Part shown: positions 54,222-64,000 of the stretch, in pieces
Layout of the letters: each line of letters starts with the position of its first letter
Numbering within the stretch: position 1 is the first letter of the stretch
From: Stegostoma tigrinum
Lineage: Eukaryota
NCBI RefSeq assembly: GCF_030684315.1
Contig: NC_081397.1
Location: 14,098,421-14,162,420, forward strand
Direction: 5' to 3'
DNA: 64,000 nt
Translations under genes and position numbers: made by a program
Notes under the pieces: model-generated
Told to the model about the DNA's origin: nothing
The model's input: only the letters and a program-made list of their open reading frames with translations
The model's database searches: none

Positions 54222-54951
54222 GCAAGACAAAATTTGAGGCTGGATGAACACAGCAGGCCCAGCAGCATCTCAGGAGCACGAAAGCTGACGTTTTGGGCCT
54301 AGACCCTTCATCAGAGAGGGGGATGGGGAGAGGGAACTGGAATAAATAGGGAGAGAGGGGGAGGCGGACCGAAGATGGAGAGAAAAGAAGATAGGTGGAG
54401 AGGAGAGTACAGGTGGGGAGGTAGGGAGGGGAAAGGTCAGTCCAGGGAAGACGGACAGGTCAAGGATGTGGGATGAGGTTAGTAAGTAGGAGATGGAGGT
54501 GCGGCTTGGTGTGGGAAGAAGGGATGGGTGAGAGGAAGAACAGGTTAGGGAGGCAGAGACAGGTTGGACTGGTTTTGGGATACAGTGGGTGGAGGGAAGA
54601 GCTGGGCTGGTGGTGTGGTGCAGTGGGGGGAGGGAAGAACTGGAATGGTTTTGGGATGCAGTTGGGGAAGGGGAGATTTTGAAGCTGGTATAGCCCACAT
54701 TGATAATGGAAGCAGAGGTAATGGGAACTGCAGATGTTGGAGAATTCCAAGATCATAAAATGTGAGGCTGGATGAACACAGCAGGCCAAGCATCATCTCG
54801 GGAGCACAAAAGCTGACGTTTCGGGCCTAGACCCTTCATCAGAGAGGGCGAAGGGTCTAGGCCCGAAACGTCAGCTTTTGTGCTCCCGAGATGCTGCTTG
54901 GCCTGCTGTGTTCATCCAGCCTCACATTTTATTATCTTGATAATGGAAGCA
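54222..54951 (-). mobile_element. Penelope-like 3' fragment plus adjoining pLTR hairpin insertion
   Basis: 54222-54700 matches the 42131 arm; 54715-54936 is bounded by TSD TTGATAATGGAAGCA and has 90-bp inverted arms. Confidence 0.88.
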
Positions 54952-55637
54952 ACCGTGTTGTCTTGTTAAGAAAGGCCGGATCATGGGCGTTCAATTGTAT
55001 CGCAACTGCTTAGAAAAAAATCCTGTTTTTGTCTGCTTCGAACATGAAGCTCGAGACCGCAGTTTTTTTTTCCCGAAAGTTGTGTTCACTGCCGTTCTGG
55101 AGAATAGTTTTATTTACAGATCTAGTTGGGGGCTGGAGTTAACATATATTGCTGTATTTGTATTTCATTAACAGTCACAGGAATGATATTTCGTTCAGTT
55201 TTGATTCTGGGACAACTGTGAAAGTTTTAATTTACTTTCCATCTGCCTGTTGCAGGAAGCAATGCCAAACGCCCTCCCCCTTTCCTCACGCCTGTTACAG
55301 ACAGATGAGGCAATCCTGTCGTCCTGTCTCCGCTGATGTAGATTTTATTCAAAAAACTTAGTTTGCAAAGTACACGATTTGATCGGAGTCGGAGTTTATT
55401 TTCCTTTTAAATATTTACCTTAAACTCAGGATCGCGAGGGTAAAATCGGCGGGCTTTTTGGAAGTGACCAACTGTCATTTCAATTTAAACCAAAAAATAT
55501 TTTTCTGCCTTTTCAGAACCTTCCGGAGCTGTTTCTCATGGGGTTGAGGGACGGGACTCTAACAAATCCCAGCTCGAGGGCGAGCTCTCCATTCCCTTAA
55601 ATAGGCAGCGCCGCCACAGGTTCAGCATTGAGAGTAG

Positions 55638-56072
<435 letters not shown>

Positions 56073-56117
56073 ACGGAACGTGCTTGGGGCCTGCACATTC
56101 ACCCCGAGAAACACAAC

Positions 56118-56133
56118 GGCTCTTTTCAGAGCC
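56118..56133 (+). promoter_or_regulatory. Histone 3' stem-loop (H3 copy 2)
   Basis: GGCTCTTTTCAGAGCC; the HDE position is occupied by (AG)n. Confidence 0.97.
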
Positions 56134-56851
56134 ACTACACTATCCAGAGAGAGAGAGAGAGAGAGAACAGTAATCATTAGACACGATGGACTGTAGTTAA
56201 TATAAACCCACAGCATGCCATTGATGTTATGTCTCAATGTCACCGCTGTTACAGAAACTTAGTGCATCTCTCAGGCCCAATAGTTCCCCCGAGTTGTGAA
56301 ACAGGTTTATAAGTGCTCAGTAATCACAACACAGTTCAAGCACTGTACCTAACATTTTATAAATTTCCGATTCAAACGCCTTTGCTTGCCAATTGCTTCC
56401 CTTGGCGTTTCCCCAGCTGCAACTGAAGTTGACGAATGAGGATGTTGGGAAACAGTGGCCAATTCGAAAAGCTCACCAAAATATACAAACGATTTTTATA
56501 TTGCTGATCGTGCAATTGAAATTTTGCCCAATCTCCCACGAGTGTATTCATTCGATCCTCTGAGGAGGCTCGGTTTAGTCTCGAACGGCCCCTTTCTTGC
56601 GGGGAGTTAGCGCATGTCTTTTGTTCCCTGTCGGCATAGTGATAGGGAAACCGCTGTGAGTTACTATTTAAAGTCGCTGTCCCTGCAGTAAAACTTTATT
56701 ACACCCTTCCGGCTGCTGTTCTAGTTTTCTTTGGGTTAAGGCAAAAAGGAAACGGATATTGTTGCGCATTTACAGTCCCGTGTTTGCACATAAAATTAAA
56801 ATAAACCAACCAGCAGTGACAGTCTAGCTGCTTTTCACTGATGTTGTGGGT

Positions 56852-56867
56852 GGCTCTTAAAAGAGCC
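56852..56867 (-). promoter_or_regulatory. Histone 3' stem-loop (H2A copy 2)
   Basis: Reverse complement GGCTCTTTTAAGAGCC followed by ACCCA. Confidence 0.97.
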
Positions 56868-56897
56868 TTTGGGTTGTCAGGTTACAGAACGGTCTCT

Positions 56898-57350
<453 letters not shown>

Positions 57351-58523
57351 TTAAGCCTTCGGGAGGAATGGGGGTGCGGCCATTGCTGATTGGTCACATT
57401 GTTCAGTATCTCCTAATGTCGTTTCAATGCCCAATCAGATATCTGCTTCCCTCACCAATCCCGAGAGGGCCCGGAAAATCCCGGCGCCAAATCATCAACC
57501 GCTTTCTTTCAAACTCGAAAAGCCCGCCAATAGTTTCAAAACGGGTAGAAGTTTTACGAAGAAGAATGCGTTCATATTCCAGATAATTTACTTTTAGAAT
57601 ACACCTGTATACTTCACACAATCTCTCTCTGATTCCCAGGCCTAAGTGAATCGATGTGATTATGATTTTGCTTTTTACCCTGATCCTTAAGAATAAACAG
57701 ATGGCAGAAAAAGAGCCCGGCGTAAATTGCTCTGAACAGATGCATTTTATTTCACATCAGCACCCGGATACATTGATAAAAGTATCACACAGCTATTTCT
57801 TTGCCGTTGAGCGCAATACTGCTTTCAACAATATTTTACAATCGCGCTCCCTATTGCACAAGATCAACAATATTTCTACTTTTGCGATGCCAGTCCGCCA
57901 GCTGTTCTGCTTTCATCTCGGTTCACTGAAATTTTCCCACCGACAGCAGAAAGCCTCATTTATTGCTTTCTGCAAAACCCGGGGAGATTTGAAAATAAAA
58001 CAAAATGCCTCGGCGCGGCAACCGTAGGAAAATACCGGCGCCAAATCATCAACCGTTTTCTTTCCGATTTGAAAAGCCCGCCAATATGGGCAATACGAGG
58101 AAGACGTTTTACATGAATGCGTATGATTTAATTTCCTTTTAGATTACAAATTGATCCTTGACATAACCTCTCTCGTTCTCATTCAAAACATCAGCGTCTT
58201 CCGAAAATTTTGTGATTATTGTGTGAGATCAGACTTCCCTGTTAATCTCGGTTCATTTTGAAAGACTCTACCCGACAACGGGGAACCCCACAGACTGCAT
58301 TCTGAAAATAAATTCACGTAGAGATTTGGAAATTGAAAAACACAAATCGCACGATACTTCTGTTCGTATGTCTCAAATACGGGCTTATTGGTTTTGGTTA
58401 CCACGAGAGAGAGTTGGGGTCGTTACCCACAGGGACAAAACCCTACAACGTGTACGAAATAGGAAAAAAAAACTAAGTTTTACAAAGAGGAATGAATAAT
58501 TTAAATTTTCGCCGAACTAAGTT

Positions 58524-59265
58524 AGAACATAGAACATAACAGCACAGTACAGACCCTTCGGCCCTCGATGTTGTGCCGACCTGTCATACCGATCTGAAGC
58601 CCATCTAACCTACACTATTCCATGTACGTCCATATGCTTATCCAAAGACGATTTAAAGATACCTAAAGCTGGAGAATCTACTACCGTTGCAGGCAAAGCG
58701 TTCCATTCCCTTACTACTCTGAGTAAAGAAACTACCTCTGACATCTGTCCTGTATCTTTCACCCCTCAATTTAAAGCTATGCCCCCTCGTGCTCGCTGTC
58801 ACCATCCTATGAAAAAGGCTCTCCCTATCCACCCTATCTAATCCTCTGATTATTTTATATGTTTCAATTCAGTCACCTCTCAACCACCTTCTCTGTAATG
58901 AAAACAGCCTCAAGTCCCTCAGCCTTTCCTCGTAAGACGTTCCCTCCATACCAGGCAACATCCCAGTAAATCTCTGCACCCTTTCCTCAGCTTCCACATC
59001 CTCTCTTATAATGCGGTGATCAGAACTGTGCACAATACTCCAAGTGCGACCGCACCAGAGTTTTGTACTGCTTCACCATAACCTCTTGGTTCCGGAACTC
59101 GATCCCTCTATTAATAAAAGCTAAAACACTGTATGCCTTCTTAACAGCCCTGTCAACCTGGGTGGCAACTTTCAAGGATCTGTATACATGGACACCGAGA
59201 TCTCTCTGCTCATCTACACTGCCATGAATCTTACCATAAGCCCAGTACTTTGCCTTCCGGTTCAT
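58524..59265 (-). mobile_element. Young CR1-like LINE 3' fragment inserted in the copy-2 H2A-H2B spacer
   Basis: Tail AGAACATAGAACATA; EQRDLGVHVYRSLKVATQVDRAVKKAY; absent from the copy 1 spacer. Confidence 0.9.
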
Positions 59266-60031
59266 TTTCATATTGCAAGTGCACCCTGAAATATTTATTT
59301 AAAACTCACATAACGTTCCTGCGGGTGAGAACGGTGAAACTTCAGTTCAAAGTTGCCATCCCTATTGTCGTTGATCAGACTTCAGCCAGTTTCACACCTG
59401 AGATGGCAATCCAGCAGCTATACTAGCTTTATCTCAGTTCATTTTGAAAGCCTCTTATCGACAGCTGAGAGCCTCATTTACAGTGTTCTGCAAAAATTAG
59501 ACGACGTCTCAGTGGCGTTTTGAAAATTTAATTTAAGAAAAGAACAAATAAATTTCAAAATCTATTCGTGGGACGACAACAGTTACTTTTCTTTCCGGGA
59601 GTGAAACTCGTGTTTCATACCCCACGGGGCACTGTACCTTCTGCCCTGATCAAGGGTTAAAGAATAACTGGAAAATACAGAATTTGCTGAAAAGTGACTC
59701 GGTGTCGATAAATATGCTCTCTATACAGGCTGGGAAAAGAGACTGGGAAATACGCAACCGACAATAAAGGGCAGAGGGTCTGGGATCAAACGAAATTATT
59801 TTTATAATTAAAAACAAAGCTTAGCGACATTCATTATCCAGACCCAGAATCAATTGTAAAGCTAAAACTTCATTTGAAAAGAAGGGTCTCGCCCCGAAAC
59901 GTCAATTTACCTGCTTCTCTGATGCTGTTTGGTTTGCTGTGTTCATCCAGCTCCACATCTTGTCGTCTCAGATTCTCCAGCATCGGCTATCCAAGTTAAT
60001 ACGGTTCAGCTGTTTCAGAGAAGTTGTGGGT

Positions 60032-60047
60032 GGCTCTTAAAAGAGCC
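60032..60047 (-). promoter_or_regulatory. Histone 3' stem-loop (H2B copy 2)
   Basis: Reverse complement GGCTCTTTTAAGAGCC followed by ACCCA; downstream GAAACAGCTG. Confidence 0.97.
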
Positions 60048-60089
60048 TTTGGGTTTTGGATGTGTGTTTTTTCAACACAATGTGGGATC

Positions 60090-60470
60090 TCACTTGGAGC
60101 TGGTGTACTTGGTCACCGCCTTTGTACCCTCCGACACGGCGTGCTTGGCCAGCTCCCCGGGCAGCAGCAGCCGCACCGCGGTCTGGATCTCCCGGGAGCT
60201 GATGGTGCTGCGCTTGTTGTAATGGGCCAGGCGGGAAGCCTCCCCCGCGATACGCTCGAAAATATCCTTGACGAAAGAGTTCATGATGCTCATCGCCTTG
60301 GAGGAGATGCCGGTGTCGGGGTGAACCTGCTTCATCACTTTGTAGATGTAGATAGAGTAACTTTCTTTCCTGGATCGTTTCCTTTTCTTGCCGGCTTTCC
60401 CCGGCGCCTTCTTGATGATTTTCTTGGCGCCCTTCTTGGAAGGTTGCTGCGCTTTCTTCTCATCCGCCAT
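60090..60470 (-). CDS. H2B: Histone H2B (replication-dependent)
   Basis: [17 protein letters not shown]...[18 protein letters not shown]...KYTSSK; stem-loop at 60032-60047. Confidence 0.99.
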   Translation of the reverse strand: MADEKKAQQPSKKGAKKIIKKAPGKAGKKRKRSRKESYSIYIYKVMKQVHPDTGISSKAMSIMNSFVKDIFERIAGEASRLAHYNKRSTISSREIQTAVRLLLPGELAKHAVSEGTKAVTKYTSSK

Positions 60471-61189
60471 ACTGACAGTCACTTTCAGACACAAAATAAG
60501 CGAAAGCAGGCTCGGAGCTCGCTTTTTATAGCCTGACCGCGTCAGCAATGCTAATGAGGGATGAGGGAAAGTCTTGTTCCTGATTGGGTAGTTTACAAGA
60601 ATGTCAGACCATGTGATTAGCCTTTCTGTGATTGGTTAGTGTGAAACACAAAGTGGATCTGTTCGGATCTACAACGAAATATGAAACACAAACCGAAATT
60701 TTGTACACGGACCAAATTCCTAGCTCCCTTGCAGTTGAACTTGTTCCTGTCATCCACTAACATTTTGAACACTACCTCCGAGATTTTAATTGTGACAGGG
60801 TGTTTTATTCTGCTCATGGTAATCTTTTGTGAGTAAAATGTTACCTTGTTTCATCACTAGCTGAGATTTCCTTATTAAGCTGTGGGGAGTATTGTATTGT
60901 ATTGTTAAGACATTCGGGTTTATTGAGCGACAATTTGCCAAATATCTGTCATTCTCTGCATTGTGGAAATGGGAGTGCGGTTCTCGATCTGTTCCTGTCT
61001 GTTGAGGCAGTGTGAATGATGATTATTCTCTCATAATCAGTCCCCGTCATACAGTCCGAGAGATGTACAGGGTCCACCTCGTCCATGGAGAGCACATATC
61101 CGAGATTAATCTGGTTCCATTTACTAGCATTTGGTACATATCCCACGAAACACTTCCTATTCATTTACTCATCCATGTGCTTTTTAAAT

Positions 61190-62805
61190 GCACAGGAGGC
61201 TGTTGAGTAACACAAGGGCCCATGGTGCTAGCATGGATAGGAGACGAGCTGCCTGGCAGAAAGCAGAGAGTGGGGATAAAAGGCATGCTTTATACATTAA
61301 TGATCTGGATGAAGGAACTGTTTGCATTCTGACTACGTTTGCAGATGATACAACAATAGGTAGAGTGACAGGTAGTATTGAGGTGCTGAGGCTGCAGTAT
61401 GAATTGGACAGGTTAGGAGAATGGGCAAAGAAGTGGTAGATGGAGTACAATGTGGGAAAGTGTGATGTCATGCACTTGGCTAAGGAGAATAAAAGCATGA
61501 GAGATAATGATAACTGCAGATGCTGGAGAATCCGAGATTAAAAAAAAAGTGTGGAGCTGGATGAACACAGCAGGCCAAACAGCATCTCAGGAGCACAAAA
61601 GCTGACGTTTCGGGCCGAGACCCTTGATCAGAAATGTGGGAGGGGGAAGAGGGCTCTGAAATAAATAGGGACAGACTGGGAGGTGGATCAAAGATGGATA
61701 GAGGAGGAGGTAGGTGGAGGGGAATCTAGAGTTGCAGTGGTGTAGAGATCCCCTGAGGTTTGTCCAGATTCTCCAGCATCTGCAGTCACCATTATCTCTG
61801 ATACAATTTTAACTTCACTGCAAAGCTTCTTCCAGGGATGCCTGACCTGAAGAAGTTACCATCCTCCCTCCAGAATAAAAGCATAGACTCTTTTCTAAAT
61901 GGGCAGAAAATTCAGAAGTCTTGCGTGCAAAGAGAGTTGGGAGTTCTACTCCAGGAATCTCTCACGGTAAACTCGCAGGTTGAGTCAGTAGTCAGGAAGG
62001 CAACTGCAATACTGGCATTTATTTTGCCAGGAATTCAAGGCAGAAATTGACAAATTCTTGATCTCACAAGGAATCAAGGGCAACAGGGAGAGTGCAGGAA
62101 AGTGGAGTTGAAATGCCCAGCCGTGATTTAAATGGTGGAGTGGACTTGATGGGCCAAATAGCCTCACTTCCACTCCCATGTCTTATGGTCTTACGGACTT
62201 GAATATGTAAAAAAGGATGTGCTTATGAGGCTTTAGAAGACTCGAGTCAGGCCACATTTGAAGTAGCATGTGCAGTTTTGGGCCCCATATCTCAGGAAGG
62301 ATGTACTGGCCCTGGAGCAGTTTCAGAGGAGGTTCACGAGAATGGTCCCAGGAACGAAAAGCTGAACATTTGAGCAATGATTGAGGATTCTGGGACTGTA
62401 CTCTTTGGAGTTGAGAAGGATGAAGGGGGATCTGATCAAAACTTAGTCTACTGAATGCCTGGACAGAGTGGATGTAGGGAAGATGCTTCCATTGGTAGGA
62501 GAGACTAGGACCCAAGGGCACAGCCTTCAAGTAAAGGGCAGGCCTTTTAGAACAGAGATAAGGAGAAACTTCTTCAGCCAGAGAGCGGTGAATCTATGGA
62601 ATTCACTGCCACAGAAGGCTGTGGAGGCCAGGTTATTGAGTGCATTTAAGGGTGAGATAGATAGGTTTTTGATTGTCAAGGGGATCAAGGTTATGGGGAG
62701 AAGGAAGGAGAATTGGCTGAAGGAACTTCTCAGCCATGATTTAATGGTGGAGCAGACTTGATGGGCCAAATAGCCTGATTTCTGCTCCTATGTCTTATGG
62801 TCTTA
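61190..62805 (+). mobile_element. CR1-like LINE fragments
   Basis: YINDLDEG...FADDTTIG...LDRLGEWAKKW and RRNFFSQRAVNLWNSLP. Confidence 0.88.
61499..61871. mobile_element. Penelope-like pLTR insertion inside a CR1 LINE
   Basis: TSD AGAATAAAAGCAT (61486 and 61872); contains inverted pLTR segments. Confidence 0.8.
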
Positions 62806-63860
62806 TAGTAACACAGTATGGACATGGGCCCTTCCACCCAAACTGGTTCATGATGGCCATGGTGCCCACTCAGCTGGATCCAACTGCCCACATTATATCC
62901 CTCGAAATCCTTCCCTTCCATGTACCTGTTCAAATGTTTTTTTTTAAAGTGTTGATATTGTACCTGCCTCAACAACTTTCTCTGGCAGCTGATTCCACAT
63001 GTGCTCCACTCTCTCTGTGAAGTTGGCACCCCTCAGGTCCTTCTTAAATTCTTGCCCTCTCACCTGAAACCTATGCCCTTCAGTTTTCAATTCCTCATCT
63101 GTGGGGGAAAAAAAACAAACATGATATGCATTTATCTGACCTATGGGCCTCATGATTTTATACATCTGAATAAGGTCACACTTCATTCTCCTACGGTCCA
63201 AGAAATAAAGTCTTACCCTGGCCAACATCTTGCTATAACTCAGGCCCACTAGTCCTGCATAAATCTTCTTTGAACACTTTCTAGTTGAACTAGGTCTTTT
63301 TTACAACAGGGTGACCAAAACTGTACACAATACTCCAAGTCTATTCTAAATGCCTCGATCAATGAAGGCCAGCATGCTGAATTCCTTCTTCAGCACCCTA
63401 CCCACCTGCGACACTGCTTTAACCAAACTACATACCTGTACTCCTTGGTCCCTCTGGACCACATCACTAATCAGGGACCTTACCAAATACTATACAAGGC
63501 TTACTTTAGTTTGACATTCCAAAGTGCAACACCTCACACCTATCTGCATTGAATTGCATTTTCCAATCCTTAGCCCACTTCCCCATCTGATTAAGATCCC
63601 TCTGTAATTTTCGATAACCTTCCCCACTATGAACGATACCGCCTAACATTGCAGCATCTGTAAACTTACTAATCATGCTTTGCACATTCACATCCAGATC
63701 ATTTATGTTAATAACAAATAACAAAGGTCCCATCACCAATCCCTGTGGCACACCACAAGTCACAGGCCTCCAGTCCGAGAAACAATCTTTAACTGTCACC
63801 CTCTGCTTTGTACCATCAAGCCAATTTTGAATCCAATGAGCTAGCTTTCCCTGTTCAAGT
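62806..63860 (-). mobile_element. CR1-like LINE fragment (probable paralogue of 30490-31550)
   Basis: GVPQGLVMGPLLF...KWAKDWKMQFNADRCEVLHFG; shares the unusual WKMQFN variant with 31250. Confidence 0.85.
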
Positions 63861-64000
63861 GAGCCACAACACACTGCAGCATCGCGGAGTTTCATAAAGC
63901 CAAGGAAGAACACAGATAGTGTCTTTAGAAATGACAGTTACCCAAAATGCATTGTTCGCAGATGCCACACAACTGATGGCAACAGGAAGACACAACACAT

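Overview
Eukaryotic genomic DNA, most likely from a shark or other elasmobranch (inferred from HE1-type V-SINEs, abundant CR1/HER1-like LINE debris and the histone sequences). The window holds two copies, about 28-32 kb apart, of an old segmental duplication. Each copy carries a replication-dependent histone cluster with ancestral order H1(+) H4(+) H3(+) H2A(-) H2B(-). The copies lost genes reciprocally: copy 1 (21.8-29.2 kb) keeps only the 3' stump of H1, and copy 2 (53.0-60.7 kb) has H4 deleted. Eight intact intronless histone genes remain, each with a 3' stem-loop. Upstream of each cluster is a CpG-rich, NRF1-site-bearing 355-bp element, about 97% identical between copies. It looks like the first exon of an unrecognised divergently transcribed gene whose further exon-like modules sit among arrays of a degenerate 49-bp satellite. 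Near the left end is a probable terminal exon of an ITIM-bearing inhibitory receptor (ITYTTL...NVYANL). The rest is CR1, L2, Rex1 and RTE LINE fragments, SINEs and many Penelope-like elements with minimal hammerhead motifs, several forming TSD-bounded hairpins. One assembly gap lies at 3937-4110. All alignments and identities were estimated by eye.
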